Positions 9,088 to 23,852 of a stretch of DNA of 64,000 nt are shown here, piece after piece. Below the pieces are notes generated by a model. It saw only the letters and a list, made by a program, of their open reading frames with translations, made no database searches and was not told the DNA's origin. The stretch is from Candidatus Multivorans sp. (GTDB lineage Bacteria > Acidobacteriota > Thermoanaerobaculia > Multivoradales > Multivoraceae): positions 1,312,001-1,376,000 of the forward strand of contig OZ251997.1 of the NCBI GenBank assembly GCA_965247095.1, in the 5' to 3' direction. Position 1 is the stretch's first letter. Every line of letters begins with the position of its first letter. The translations under genes were made by a program, and so were the position numbers.

Positions 9088-10605
9088 GTGATCGCTTTCA
9101 TGAGTTCCGCGACCCCGTGGGGCATCGAGGCGCGAGAGGTCCAGGTCGAGGTCGGGGCCGACTTCGGTCTGCCCGCGATGCAGTTGATCGGGCTGCCGGA
9201 CACCGCGGTTCGCGAGAGCCGCGACCGGGTGCGTTCCGCGATTCGCAACAGCGGCTACGACCTGAAGAACCGCAATGTCGTCATCAACCTCGCCCCCGCC
9301 GACCTGAAGAAGGAGGGCAACCAGCTCGATCTACCGATCGCCCTGGGCCTCCTGACCGCACACCGCGAACTGACGACCGATTCGCTGGAGGGCCGGATGG
9401 CCTGTGGCGAACTGGGCCTGGACGGCGAGGTACGCCCGATCCGGGGAAGCCTCCAGGTCGCCGAGTTGGCCCGCCGGCTCGGCATCCGCGAACTCCTGCT
9501 TCCGGCCGCGAACAGCCGGCAGGCCGCGGCGCTGTCCGGGACACCGGTGGTTCCGGTCACCCATCTGCGGGAGGCGATCCAGCACCTGAGCGGCGACCTG
9601 GTCATCGGCCCGGCGACTCCGCTCCCTCGTAGCGAGACGAGCGGCGCGACCCCGGACTTCTCCGACGTCCGGGGCCAGGAAACCGCCAAGCGAGCGCTCG
9701 AGATCGCGGCCGCGGGCGGACACAACGTCCTCTTCGTGGGTCCGCCGGGCACCGGCAAGACGATGCTCGCCCGCCGGCTGCCCGGCATCCTGCCTCCGCT
9801 CAGCGAAGCGGAAGCGATCACGGTAACCAAGATCCACTCGCTGTCCGGCTCCGCCCGCGGCAATGGACTGCTGTGGACGCGCCCCTTCCGCAGCCCGCAC
9901 GCGGGGGTTTCGTCGTCCGGGCTGATCGGCGGCGGCTCCATGCCGAGACCCGGAGAGATCAGCCTCGCTCACGGGGGCGTGCTGTTCCTCGACGAACTGC
10001 CCGAGTTCCGCCGCGATGCGCTGGAGGCACTGCGCCAGCCGCTCGAGGACGGCGCCGTCACCGTCGTCAGGGCCCGGGCCAGGCTCACCTTCCCGGCGCG
10101 CTTCACCCTCGTCGCCGCCTGCAACCCCTGCCGCTGCGGCCATCTTGGAGATCCCCGTGCGGAATGCGTGTGTACGACCCGGGACATCGACCGCTACCGC
10201 CGTCAGCTCTCAGGACCTCTGCTCGACCGCATCGATCTCCACATCGAGATGCCGGTACCCAGCCTCGAGGAGCTCAAGGGGCCGGCCTGCGAGACGTCCG
10301 CCTCGATCGCCGAGCGGGTGAAGGCGGCCCGCCGTACCCAGGCGTCCCGGTTCCCTGCCGGACATCCGACGCCGCTGAACAGCGCGATGGCGCGCCGGGA
10401 CCTCGATCGGCACTGCCGGCCGACAACCGCCGCGCAGAGCCTCATGGACGCCGCGTTCGAACGCCTGGCGATGTCCGCCCGGGCGCTGACCCGGGCGCTC
10501 AAGGTCGCTCGCACCATCGCCGACCTGGACGAGTCCCCCAAGGTCGACGTCACTCACGTTGCGGAAGCAATCCAGTACCGGCCACTGGATCGCAGCGGAC
10601 CGTGA
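9088..10605 (+). CDS. comM: YifB/ComM Mg-chelatase-like AAA+ ATPase
   Basis: IGLPDTAVRESRDRV, NLAPADLKKEG, Walker A GPPGTGKT, LFLDELPEF, NPCRCG, SGPLLDRID. Confidence 0.95.
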   Translation: MIAFMSSATPWGIEAREVQVEVGADFGLPAMQLIGLPDTAVRESRDRVRSAIRNSGYDLKNRNVVINLAPADLKKEGNQLDLPIALGLLTAHRELTTDSLEGRMACGELGLDGEVRPIRGSLQVAELARRLGIRELLLPAANSRQAAALSGTPVVPVTHLREAIQHLSGDLVIGPATPLPRSETSGATPDFSDVRGQETAKRALEIAAAGGHNVLFVGPPGTGKTMLARRLPGILPPLSEAEAITVTKIHSLSGSARGNGLLWTRPFRSPHAGVSSSGLIGGGSMPRPGEISLAHGGVLFLDELPEFRRDALEALRQPLEDGAVTVVRARARLTFPARFTLVAACNPCRCGHLGDPRAECVCTTRDIDRYRRQLSGPLLDRIDLHIEMPVPSLEELKGPACETSASIAERVKAARRTQASRFPAGHPTPLNSAMARRDLDRHCRPTTAAQSLMDAAFERLAMSARALTRALKVARTIADLDESPKVDVTHVAEAIQYRPLDRSGP

Positions 10606-10618
10606 CGTCGAAGCGGAA

Positions 10619-10659
10619 GGCGGCCGGGCGGGGCTTCCCCTCCGCCCCGTCCGGCCGCC
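10619..10659 (+). terminator. GC-rich hairpin after comM
   Basis: GGCGGCCGGGCGGGGC...GCCCCGTCCGGCCGCC, 16-bp stem with one G-U pair and no U-tract. Confidence 0.4.
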
Positions 10660-10740
10660 CCCCTGACGACCGGCGAGGTTTGCTGCTAAAGTACCCCGGT
10701 CGGTCCGGTACACGCCGCCGCCCCACGGAGGTCCGGGTCC

Positions 10741-10769
10741 TTGACACGGCTCCGCGCAGGACGGATAAT
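10741..10769 (+). promoter_or_regulatory. Sigma70-type promoter upstream of M23 peptidase-secA
   Basis: TTGACA, 17 bp spacer, GATAAT. Confidence 0.65.
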
Positions 10770-10845
10770 ATTCGGGTTCTTCGATACCTCGCGCTTCGGT
10801 GGTCGACGCTTGCAGCGACTCAGCCTCTGACAGGCTCTCTTCAGC

Positions 10846-11733
10846 ATGCGATCAAGGTTCCACACGATTGTCTTCGTTCCGCAATCCCAGAAGCGGACGC
10901 GGCAGTTCCGCGTCAGCAGTCGCTGGTTGACAACCGCCGCGGTCGTTGCCGCCCTGGTACTGGGCTTTGTCGGCTGGGCCACCGTCGCCCAGGTGCGGTC
11001 GGCGGTGGAACTCCGCGAGCTCGCCCGCATCGAAAGGGAGAATCAGGAGTTGCGGCGGGCCAACGATTCGTTCGAGGCCAGCATCTCGCGCCTGCAGCAG
11101 GCGCTGACCGACGCCGAGGACCGCACCCGGGACCTCGCGATCGTCGCCGGCCTCGAGCAGATGGTGGGTGGCGAACCGGAGAACCGCCCGTCCGAAAGCG
11201 GCGCCGGCGGCAGCTACGCGAACCCTACGGCGCCCAACAGCCACGACCTGTCAGTGCTCGAAGCCCGAGCCTCCCGGCTCGACGGCCAGCTCGACGAGGT
11301 GAACGGGGCCGTAGAGGATCGCCTCATCCTGCTCCGTTCGACGCCCATGACCTCGCCGGTGCGGGGCGTGATCAACAGCGGCTTCGGCTTCCGCCGCGAT
11401 CCGATCACGGGGCAACGCTCCCACCACGACGGCATCGACATCTCGGCCGACCGCGGCCAGCCGGTCTTTGCCACGGCCGACGGCATCGTCGTCCGCGCCG
11501 AAAGGACGGGCAACCTGGGGCGCGCGGTCTACATGGTCCACCGCTTCGGCTACGAGACGCGTTTCGGTCACCTGTCGAAGATCCTGGTCGAAGAGGGCCA
11601 GGAGGTCCGGCGCGGCGACACGGTAGGCTGGGTCGGCAACTCCGGACGCGCGACCGGCTACCACCTGCACTACGAAGTCCGGCTCAGCGGCGACACCCGC
11701 GACCCGTTCGAGTTCATGCGAGACCAGGGTTAG
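10846..11733 (+). CDS. M23 family peptidoglycan metallo-endopeptidase with TM and coiled coil
   Basis: HDGID (HxxxD) and HLHYEV motifs. Position upstream of secA is a common context. Confidence 0.93.
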   Translation: MRSRFHTIVFVPQSQKRTRQFRVSSRWLTTAAVVAALVLGFVGWATVAQVRSAVELRELARIERENQELRRANDSFEASISRLQQALTDAEDRTRDLAIVAGLEQMVGGEPENRPSESGAGGSYANPTAPNSHDLSVLEARASRLDGQLDEVNGAVEDRLILLRSTPMTSPVRGVINSGFGFRRDPITGQRSHHDGIDISADRGQPVFATADGIVVRAERTGNLGRAVYMVHRFGYETRFGHLSKILVEEGQEVRRGDTVGWVGNSGRATGYHLHYEVRLSGDTRDPFEFMRDQG

Positions 11734-11851
11734 CGGCAACGCCGTGACGGCGAAAGTGCCGCGCCCCGGGCACTCACCAACTGAGAATCGGCGAACCGTC
11801 CGGCGGTGCTAGCACCGCCGCCGGCTCACCATCTCAACCGGAAACGAGTCG

Positions 11852-14683
<2,832 letters not shown>

Positions 14684-14717
14684 CTGCGCCACCGCCTCTC
14701 AGTTGATAGCGTTCGGC

Positions 14718-16199
<1,482 letters not shown>

Positions 16200-16214
16200 G
16201 CCCCGCTCCGCGCC

Positions 16215-17447
16215 TCAGGCCTGCCAGGCACGGGGATCGAGATCGTAGGGCAAGGGTGTGAGATTCGTCATGCCATCCTCCGTGACGACCACGAGATCCT
16301 CGAGCCGCACGCCCCAGCCGGCTTCCGGGTCGTAGAGACCGGGCTCGATCGTCACCACGTCGCCCGACAGGAATTCCTCCGTGCCCGGTCCGGTCTCCCG
16401 GAAGCTGGGCAGCTCGTGCAGTTCGTAGCCGACTCCGTGTCCCAACAGGTGGAAGTAGCCGGTGTGCGAACCGGGGTTCTTGTCGGGCACCGCGAAGCCC
16501 TCGCCTTCGAACCTGCGGCACACCCGCTCGTGCAGGGTCCAACCGCGCACACCGGGCCGGACCGCCGCGAGACTGGTCTCGAGCGCCTCAAGCACCAGGC
16601 CGTGCGCCCGCGCCAGACCTTCCGGCGGCTCTCCGACGCAAAAGGTCCTGGTGCAGTCGGCGAACAGAAGGCCCCTCGGGAACAGATCGACGACCAGGGA
16701 CTCGCCGGCCCGCAGGACCCGGTCCGGCGTGCCGGTGCTGTGTCCGGTCGCCCCCTCCTCTGCCGGGGCGACAATCGAACTCTCCGGCTGTTCCAGGCCG
16801 TGGCCGGCAAACACCGCGGCGGCCCGGGCCTTGACCCGAGGCACGGTTACGCGCTCCTCGCCCAGCCAGAGTTCGCCCCGCTCCCGCGTCGCACTGCCGG
16901 CGAGCATCCGCGCCACCGACGCGAAAGCCTCCACTGTGGCGCGCGCGGCGGCGGCGATCCCCTCGATCTCGCTCCCGGTCTTGGTCCGGCGCAGGGCCTG
17001 CATCAGCCCGCGTCCCGAGACCGGCGCCCGCTTCGCCTCCCGCAGTGCGCCAGCCACCGCCACCGCCGAACCCGCCGGCGGTCGGCCGGCGAGGGCGACC
17101 CGGCCGGTACCGATCCCGGCCCGGTCGAAGGCCGAGTTGAGCGCCGCGATGAGGATGTCCTCGTGGCTCTTCCCTTCGCGGCGAAGGGTCTCCATGTCGA
17201 AGTCCGCCGGGTGGATCAACTCGACGCCGCCGGCCTCCGCCAGGGCCGCCTCCTCCCGCTCCATCGACGTGAAGTAGACCAGGCGGGCGCCCGAACCGTC
17301 GGCGAGCACGCAGGCGGCCCCCAACCGTGCTCTGCCAACGAAGGGAAGCAGGTCCGGGTCACGGCTCGACCCGGCGAGCACCAGGAGCGCCTCAGCCTGC
17401 GCCTCGGCGAGCAACGCCTCGAGGACTCCGCTCCGCGGCCAAGTCAT
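16215..17447 (-). CDS. M24 family Xaa-Pro peptidase
   Basis: VDLFP..ADCTRT, HLLGHGVGYELHE, TIEPGLY, GVRLED. Confidence 0.92.
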   Translation of the reverse strand: MTWPRSGVLEALLAEAQAEALLVLAGSSRDPDLLPFVGRARLGAACVLADGSGARLVYFTSMEREEAALAEAGGVELIHPADFDMETLRREGKSHEDILIAALNSAFDRAGIGTGRVALAGRPPAGSAVAVAGALREAKRAPVSGRGLMQALRRTKTGSEIEGIAAAARATVEAFASVARMLAGSATRERGELWLGEERVTVPRVKARAAAVFAGHGLEQPESSIVAPAEEGATGHSTGTPDRVLRAGESLVVDLFPRGLLFADCTRTFCVGEPPEGLARAHGLVLEALETSLAAVRPGVRGWTLHERVCRRFEGEGFAVPDKNPGSHTGYFHLLGHGVGYELHELPSFRETGPGTEEFLSGDVVTIEPGLYDPEAGWGVRLEDLVVVTEDGMTNLTPLPYDLDPRAWQA

Positions 17448-17467
17448 CCCGGCGCCTCGCAGCCCCC

Positions 17468-17797
17468 TCAGACGTGGTCGTCCAGGAACGCCTGGAACCG
17501 GATCTTGGGGGCCGCGCCGGTCATGCGCCCCACGATCTCGCCGTCCTTGAACAGGATGAAGTGCGGGATCCCCTGCACGCCGTAGCGCACGGCAACATCC
17601 TGGGCGTGGTCGACATCCAGCTTGGCGATCCTCACCCGGCCGCCGTACTCATCCGCCAGTTCGTCGAGAACCGGCGCCACCATGCGGCAGGGGCCGCACC
17701 AGGTGGCCCAGAAGTCGACCAGGACCGGGCTTTCGGCGCCCAGCACCTGATCCTCGAAGCTCTGACTGTCCACGTTGAAGATCTGTTCGCTTGCCAT
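17468..17797 (-). CDS. trxA: Thioredoxin
   Basis: VLVDFWATWCGPC, 109 aa from ATG 17797 with a GAGGA RBS. Confidence 0.96.
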   Translation of the reverse strand: MASEQIFNVDSQSFEDQVLGAESPVLVDFWATWCGPCRMVAPVLDELADEYGGRVRIAKLDVDHAQDVAVRYGVQGIPHFILFKDGEIVGRMTGAAPKIRFQAFLDDHV

Positions 17798-17846
17798 GGG
17801 GTTGGGTTCCTCGTGTTTCCTCGTTTCAGGGTAGTTGATGCCGGCA

Positions 17847-18794
17847 TCAACCGGAACTCTCGAGACGGCGAAAGTACTCCCGCGCCGCGTCGGCGTCACG
17901 TCCTATCTGCGCGGAAAGATCCATCATCGACGAGAACAGCTTTTCCTCCCGCAGGTGCCGGCAGAAGGACACGTCCACGCGCTCGCCGTACACATCGCTC
18001 GAGAAGTCGAGGATGTGGCTCTCGATGACCCGCCGGTAGTTCTCGTACACGGTCGGCCGGGTGCCGATGTTCGTCACCGACCGGAAGGTCGCCTCGAAGC
18101 TGGGGAAGTACACCTTGGTCACGTACACACCGTTGTGCGGGTAGAGCTCGCTCTCGGGCGCCAGGTTGATCGTCGGCCACCCGAGCCGCTGTCCCATCCG
18201 GTCGCCGCGGGCGATGGCGCCCGTCATCGTGTACGGGCGTCCGAGCAGATCGTTCGCCTCCGCGATCCTGCCCCCCACTACGAGGCGGCGGATCCGGCTG
18301 CTCGACACCCGCTCGCCGCCGGAACGCACCTCGTCGATCTCCACCGCCGCGAAGCCGCAGGACTCTCCCATCTCCCTGAGCAGCGCCATGTTGCCCTCGC
18401 GCCGGCGGCCGAAGGTGAAGTTCGAGCCGACGTAGAGCTCGGAAACCGCAAGCCGGCCGTGCAGGAAGTCGCGCACGAACGTCCGCGCCCTGGTGTTGGA
18501 GAACTCGTGCGAGAAGCGGATCGTGAGCACATAGTCGACGCCCGCGGCCGCCAGCAGGGCCTCCTTCTGGTCCTGAGTCACCAGGCGCGGCGGCGCCTCC
18601 TCGGGGCGAACCACGCTGAGAGGGTGGGGATCGAAGGTGATCACAGCAGACGGAACGCCGACCTCCCGCGCGCGGCCGGTCACCATGTCGAGCACGCTCT
18701 GCTGGCCGATGTGGATGCCGTCGTAGTTGCCGATCGTGGCGATCACGCCACGCGGGAGTTCGGTCGACTTCATCGCGTCTCGGATCGCAGGCAT
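17847..18794 (-). CDS. ribF: Bifunctional riboflavin kinase/FAD synthetase
   Basis: IGNYDGIHIG, TFDPHP, VSSSRIR, GWPTIN, NIGTRPT, IESHILDF. ATG overlaps the rimO stop. Confidence 0.95.
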   Translation of the reverse strand: MPAIRDAMKSTELPRGVIATIGNYDGIHIGQQSVLDMVTGRAREVGVPSAVITFDPHPLSVVRPEEAPPRLVTQDQKEALLAAAGVDYVLTIRFSHEFSNTRARTFVRDFLHGRLAVSELYVGSNFTFGRRREGNMALLREMGESCGFAAVEIDEVRSGGERVSSSRIRRLVVGGRIAEANDLLGRPYTMTGAIARGDRMGQRLGWPTINLAPESELYPHNGVYVTKVYFPSFEATFRSVTNIGTRPTVYENYRRVIESHILDFSSDVYGERVDVSFCRHLREEKLFSSMMDLSAQIGRDADAAREYFRRLESSG

Positions 18795-20275
18795 CAGGGA
18801 TTCGCCCTCACGATGGCCGGCGCGGTGCCCGCGGTTGTTGTCTCCAGTCCGACGATCCGGCCCACCAGGTCGTCGGCGAACGCATCGGTCACCTCGACTT
18901 GCGCGATCCGCCCCGCGGCGACATCGGCCAGCGACAGGTCGACCGTGCCGCTCCCGGCATCGCCGGCGCCGATGTCGTTGATCAGCACCCGGCCGTCCAC
19001 GTCCGGCGCCATGCCCTGGTGCCGGGCACAGAGCAGGTGCTCGGTCTCCTCGCAGGGTCCCTCGATCAGCATCGGCAGCGTTCTGCCGACGAAACGTTGG
19101 CGGCGCTCCAGGGCGATTGCCCGCTGCAAGCCGAGCAGCCGCTGCTTCCGCTCCTCCGCCACCCGGCGCGGCACCTGGTCCGGCAGCGCCGCCGACGGCG
19201 TATCGCTCTCGCGGCTGTAGACGAACGCGCCGAGGTGATCGAAGCGAACCTCCGAAACGAAGTCGAGCAGGTCTTCGAAGGCCGCGTCGTCCTCGCCCGG
19301 GAAGCCGACGATGAAGGTCGTGCGCAGGCTGACTTCGGGATCGAGTTCGCGCGCCCGCTCGAAGATCCGCCGGTAGCGGTCCGCGGTACCGCCCCGGCGC
19401 ATGGCGCGCAGCATCCGCCGGTCGCTGTGCTGGAGCGGCATGTCGAGATACGACGCCACCCTGGGTTCGGCCGCCATCAATTCGAGCAGGGCGTCGTCGA
19501 GCGTGGTCGGATAGGCATAGAGGAACCGGATCCACTCCGCGTCCGTGCCCGCGAGCAGCGCCTCCACGAGACGCGCCAGACCGTGACGGCCGTAGTCCAG
19601 GTCCTCCCCGTACCGGGTCGTGTCCTGGGCCACGAGCACGAGTTCGCGGGCCCCGCGCGCCACAAGATCGCGCCCCTCCGCGACCAGGCTGTCCACCGCC
19701 CGGCTGCGTAGCCGGCCCCGCCACACGGGAATGGCGCAGAAGGTGCACGGGTTGTTGCACCCCTCCGCAACCTTGAGGTACGCGTAGCCGCTCGTAGTCA
19801 GCAGCCGGCTGTCCCGGTGATCGAAGACCAGGTGGGACGCGGAAGGCGCCGCGGCCGGAGCGCCGCCGAGTTTCACCAGGGAACCCACCTGGCGCAGGGA
19901 GTCGAGATCGACGAATCCGTCGATCTCGGGGATCTCGGCCTGAAGTTCCTGGCCGTACCGGTTGGCCATGCAGCCGGCGACCAGAACCTGCCGTACAGGC
20001 GCGCCGCCGTCGGACTTGCGGGCCGCGGCGTCCAGAATCGCTTCGATCGACTCCTCCCGGGCCTCGTCGATGAAGCCGCAGGTGTTCACGATCACGGTCT
20101 CGGCCTCATCCAGGTCCGCGACCAGCCGGTAGCCCTGGCGGTCCAGTACGCCGAGCATGATCTCGCTGTCGACGTGGTTCTTGGCGCAGCCGAGGCTGAC
20201 CAGGCCAACCGCGGCCCGGCGCCCCGGCACGCCGGACACAGCAACCGGATCCTCCCTCCTCGGGGGGGTCGACAC
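18794..20275 (-). CDS. rimO: Ribosomal protein S12 methylthiotransferase
   Basis: SLGCAKNHVDSE, NTCGFI, radical SAM CNNPCTFC, TRAM domain APDVDG. Confidence 0.96.
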   Translation of the reverse strand: MSTPPRREDPVAVSGVPGRRAAVGLVSLGCAKNHVDSEIMLGVLDRQGYRLVADLDEAETVIVNTCGFIDEAREESIEAILDAAARKSDGGAPVRQVLVAGCMANRYGQELQAEIPEIDGFVDLDSLRQVGSLVKLGGAPAAAPSASHLVFDHRDSRLLTTSGYAYLKVAEGCNNPCTFCAIPVWRGRLRSRAVDSLVAEGRDLVARGARELVLVAQDTTRYGEDLDYGRHGLARLVEALLAGTDAEWIRFLYAYPTTLDDALLELMAAEPRVASYLDMPLQHSDRRMLRAMRRGGTADRYRRIFERARELDPEVSLRTTFIVGFPGEDDAAFEDLLDFVSEVRFDHLGAFVYSRESDTPSAALPDQVPRRVAEERKQRLLGLQRAIALERRQRFVGRTLPMLIEGPCEETEHLLCARHQGMAPDVDGRVLINDIGAGDAGSGTVDLSLADVAAGRIAQVEVTDAFADDLVGRIVGLETTTAGTAPAIVRANP

Positions 20276-20281
20276 AGTTCG

Positions 20282-22153
20282 CTACGAGGCGGCGGCAGCC
20301 GTCTGGCGCGGCTGTCGCGCCGACGGATCGAGGGCGGCCAGGAGTTCCTCGCGCCCGACATGCTGACCCTTCATCACGTCCTGCGCGGTGCGGTACTTCA
20401 GCGCGTCGTCGTTGTGCCACAGCTCGTGGAAGAGCTGCTTCACCCGCCGTCGCGACATGCGGCAGAAGAGGTCGCACAACGCCGCGGACCGCTCCGCCGA
20501 CTCGGCGCCCTTCTGCGCCTCCGTATGGGCCCGGGAGATCGAGGCGGCCATGGCGAAGAGTTCGTTGACCACGTCCACGAGGCGGAACAGGAACATCTGG
20601 CGCCGCTCCATCTTCTCGCGGTAGACGAGCATGCCGTGGAAACTCTCGCGCGCCAGCTTGCGCGCCGCGCGGTCGATGAAGCGGAGGTGCCGGCCGTAGC
20701 GCCCGTAACCGGCGTAACGGGGCCAGCGACCCCACGCAAGCCACCGCGTCGGATACCACCAGGCGTAGAAGAGACCGATCTTCGGCAGCGCCGCCAGCTT
20801 GGCGCCGAAACCGGCTCGCTTGTCGATCAGGGCACCCGCCACCTGCAGGTGCTTGTCCACCGCCTCGCGGGCCATGATGAGGTGCATGATCTCGCTCGAG
20901 CCCTCGAAGATCCGGTTGATCCGGAAGTCGCGCATCATCCGCTCGATGCCGACCGGCTCCTCACCGCGGTCACGCAGGGAGGACTCCGTCTCATAGCCGC
21001 GGCCGCCGCGCACCTGCATCGTCTCGTCGATGATCTGCCAGCCGCGCCAGGTGTTCCACTCCTTGCAGGCCGCGCTCTCGAGCCGCAGATCGAGCTTCTT
21101 GTTGTTCGCCATGTGGCTGGCCAGCTTGACGATCGCCTCCATGGCGAAGCCGTAGGCCGCGATGTCCGAGATCTTCTGCGCGATCGCCTCGTGCTTGCCG
21201 ATCGGCACGCCCCACTGAATCCGCGTGCTGCTGAACTCACGCACCGCCTTCAAGCAGTACTTGGCGGCGCCCACCGAGCTGTTGGGGATCGACAGCCGGC
21301 CGTCGTTCAGGGTGGTCAGGGCGATCTTGAGTCCCTTGCCCTCCTGGCCGATCAGGTTCTCCTTCGGCACCTTCACGTTGTCGAACTGGATGATGCCGTT
21401 CGCCAGTGCCCGGAGACCCATGAAGTGGCAGCGGCGCTCGACCGAAACTCCCTCCCAAGCGGTTTCGACGACAAAGGAGCTGATCTTCTCGGTCACGGGA
21501 TCCATCGCCATGACCACCAGGAGACCGGCCTTGGTGCCGTTGGTGCACCACAGCTTGGTGCCATTGAGCAGGTAGAAGTCACCGTCGAGCACGGCCGACG
21601 TCGCCAGCCGGGCGGGATCCGAACCCACCTCCGGCTCGGTCAGGGCGAAGGCGGAGATCTCGCCCGCCGCGCAGCGCGGCAGGTACTTCCGCTTCAGCTC
21701 CTCGGTACCGAACAGGTTGAGCGGCTGCGGCACCCCGATCGACTGGTGAGCCGACAGCAAAGCCGTCAGGTTGCCGTCGAAGGCGCCGATCAGCTCCATG
21801 ACCTGGGCGTACTCGACCTGGTCGAAGCCGAGGCCGCCATACTCGGTCGGGATCTTCATGCCGAAGGCGCCGAGCCTGGCGAGACCGTCGATCACGTGAT
21901 CCGGGTAGTCCTCCGAAACGTCGATCTCGATCGGATCGACCTCACAGCATAGGAAGTCGCTGAGAGCCGAGTAGAAGGACTCGAACTCCGGGCGCCACTC
22001 GTCCCGCGTGGGGTAGGGGCAGATCAGGTCGAACCGGAAGTTGCCCAGGAACAGCTCCTTCATGAAGGACGGGTTCTTCCACTCCTTCTCGCGCGATGCT
22101 TCGGCGACCGCCCGCGCCTTCTCTTCGCTCACTCGAACCTGTGGCTGGCTCAT
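20282..22153 (-). CDS. Acyl-CoA dehydrogenase (long, VLCAD/ACAD9-like)
   Basis: AFALTEPEVGSD, NGTKLWCTNG, GGRGY, RIFEGSSEI. Confidence 0.93.
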   Translation of the reverse strand: MSQPQVRVSEEKARAVAEASREKEWKNPSFMKELFLGNFRFDLICPYPTRDEWRPEFESFYSALSDFLCCEVDPIEIDVSEDYPDHVIDGLARLGAFGMKIPTEYGGLGFDQVEYAQVMELIGAFDGNLTALLSAHQSIGVPQPLNLFGTEELKRKYLPRCAAGEISAFALTEPEVGSDPARLATSAVLDGDFYLLNGTKLWCTNGTKAGLLVVMAMDPVTEKISSFVVETAWEGVSVERRCHFMGLRALANGIIQFDNVKVPKENLIGQEGKGLKIALTTLNDGRLSIPNSSVGAAKYCLKAVREFSSTRIQWGVPIGKHEAIAQKISDIAAYGFAMEAIVKLASHMANNKKLDLRLESAACKEWNTWRGWQIIDETMQVRGGRGYETESSLRDRGEEPVGIERMMRDFRINRIFEGSSEIMHLIMAREAVDKHLQVAGALIDKRAGFGAKLAALPKIGLFYAWWYPTRWLAWGRWPRYAGYGRYGRHLRFIDRAARKLARESFHGMLVYREKMERRQMFLFRLVDVVNELFAMAASISRAHTEAQKGAESAERSAALCDLFCRMSRRRVKQLFHELWHNDDALKYRTAQDVMKGQHVGREELLAALDPSARQPRQTAAAAS

Positions 22154-22301
22154 CGACTCGGCTCCTGTTCGATGCATGAAACAACATGTACCCTGCGCAT
22201 CAGCGCGGCGAAGACGCCGCGACTCTACTGCTCACTGGCAAGGGCTGGCCCGACGCGCCGGGACGGGCGCATTGTACCCGGCGGCGCCCGCCGCCGTCCT
22301 G

Positions 22302-23852
22302 TCAGGATTCCTTCCGGCCCCAGCCTCCACCGCCCGGCGTTTCCAGAACCAGGAGGTCGCCCGGCTCGACGTCGGCCTGATCGACGGAGTCCAGTTCCCG
22401 GACCCCGCCCGCGGCGCGCAGGATGCGGGCTCGGCCGACGGTTCCGCTCTCGCCGCCAAGGGCGCCGAACGGCCGCTCCACCCGGTGCTGGCCGAGCACC
22501 GAGACCTGCTGCCGGGACAGGAAGCGCAACTCCCGCCTGAGACCGTCGCCGCCCGGGTACCTGCCGGCCCCGCCCGACCCCGGACGCAGGCCAAACCGCT
22601 CGAGACGCACGGGATAGCGATGCTCCAGCACTTCCGGATCGGTGATCCGCGTGTTCGTCATGTGGGTGTGCACACCACTGGCGCCGGCAAAGCCGGGACC
22701 GGCGCCGGCGCCCCCGCCGACCGTCTCGTAGTACCCGAAGGTGTCGTCGCCGAACAGCGTGTTGTTCATCGTGCCCTGCCCGCAGGCGCAAAGTCCGAGC
22801 GCCCGCAGCAGCGTGTCGACGACCCGTTGACTCGTCTCGACGTTGCCCCCGACCACCGCCGGGCAGAGCCTCGGGTCGGCCGAGAACTCGGGGTTCAGCA
22901 TGCCGCGGGGGATCTCGATCTCCACCGGCTCGAGTAGCCCCTCGTTGAGCTGCAACGGCACCCCGATGAGCAACCGCAGCACGTAGATCGTGGCGCTCCG
23001 GACGATCGCCGGGGTGGCGTTCAGGTTGCCCGGATGGGTCGGGGCGCTGCCGGTGAAGTCGATCCGCGCCGAACCGCGCTCGATCGTCACCTCGACCTCG
23101 ATCGGGGCGCCGTCGTCAAGCCGTTCGAGGGCGTGGAAGGACTGGCGCCCGGTGCTCCGCACGTGTTCCTCGAGGGCGACCCGCATGCGGTCGGCGGCGC
23201 GCGAGTAGAGCGCTGTCATGTAGCGGCGCACCTCGTCCTCGCCGCGGTCCGCCGCGAGCTGTTGAAGCGCGGCCGCTCCACGCCGGTTGGCCGCGACCGC
23301 AGCGGCGAGGTCGGCGAGATTCTCGGCCACCGAACGGGACGGCGACGGGCCTCGGCGCAACAGCGCCTCCATCTGCTCCCACTGGGGTTCGCCGGCCCGC
23401 ACCAGGCGCTGCGGTGCGATGACGACGCCCTCCTCGGCCAGGTTCGCCGCCTTCGGCGGCATCGAGCCGGGGCGGATGCCGCCGAGCTCGGCGTGGTGGG
23501 CCCGGTTCGCGACGTAGCCGATCAGCCGGCCGTCCACGTGGACGGGGGCGATGACCGTGATGTCCGGCAGGTGGGACCCGCCGTAGGCGGGATGGTTCGT
23601 GACCGCGACATCGCCGGGGTCGAGTTCGAGCTCGGCGGCGACACCGCGCACGCACTCGCCGAGGGCGCCGAGGTGCACCGGAATGTGCGGCGCATTGACC
23701 AGCAGCCGCCCAGAGGCATCCAACAGACCGCACGAGAAGTCGAGCCGCTCCTTGACGTTCACCGACATCGCGGTCCGCTGCAGCATGACGCCCATCTCGG
23801 ACGCAATCGCCGCGAAGCGATTCGAGAACAACTCCAAACGGACCGGATCCAC
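22302..23852 (-). CDS. Hydantoinase B/5-oxoprolinase family protein
   Basis: SVNVKERLDFSC, PHIPVHLG, GGSHLPD, GGNVETSQR, HTHMTNT, TPGGGG. Confidence 0.93.
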   Translation of the reverse strand: MDPVRLELFSNRFAAIASEMGVMLQRTAMSVNVKERLDFSCGLLDASGRLLVNAPHIPVHLGALGECVRGVAAELELDPGDVAVTNHPAYGGSHLPDITVIAPVHVDGRLIGYVANRAHHAELGGIRPGSMPPKAANLAEEGVVIAPQRLVRAGEPQWEQMEALLRRGPSPSRSVAENLADLAAAVAANRRGAAALQQLAADRGEDEVRRYMTALYSRAADRMRVALEEHVRSTGRQSFHALERLDDGAPIEVEVTIERGSARIDFTGSAPTHPGNLNATPAIVRSATIYVLRLLIGVPLQLNEGLLEPVEIEIPRGMLNPEFSADPRLCPAVVGGNVETSQRVVDTLLRALGLCACGQGTMNNTLFGDDTFGYYETVGGGAGAGPGFAGASGVHTHMTNTRITDPEVLEHRYPVRLERFGLRPGSGGAGRYPGGDGLRRELRFLSRQQVSVLGQHRVERPFGALGGESGTVGRARILRAAGGVRELDSVDQADVEPGDLLVLETPGGGGWGRKES

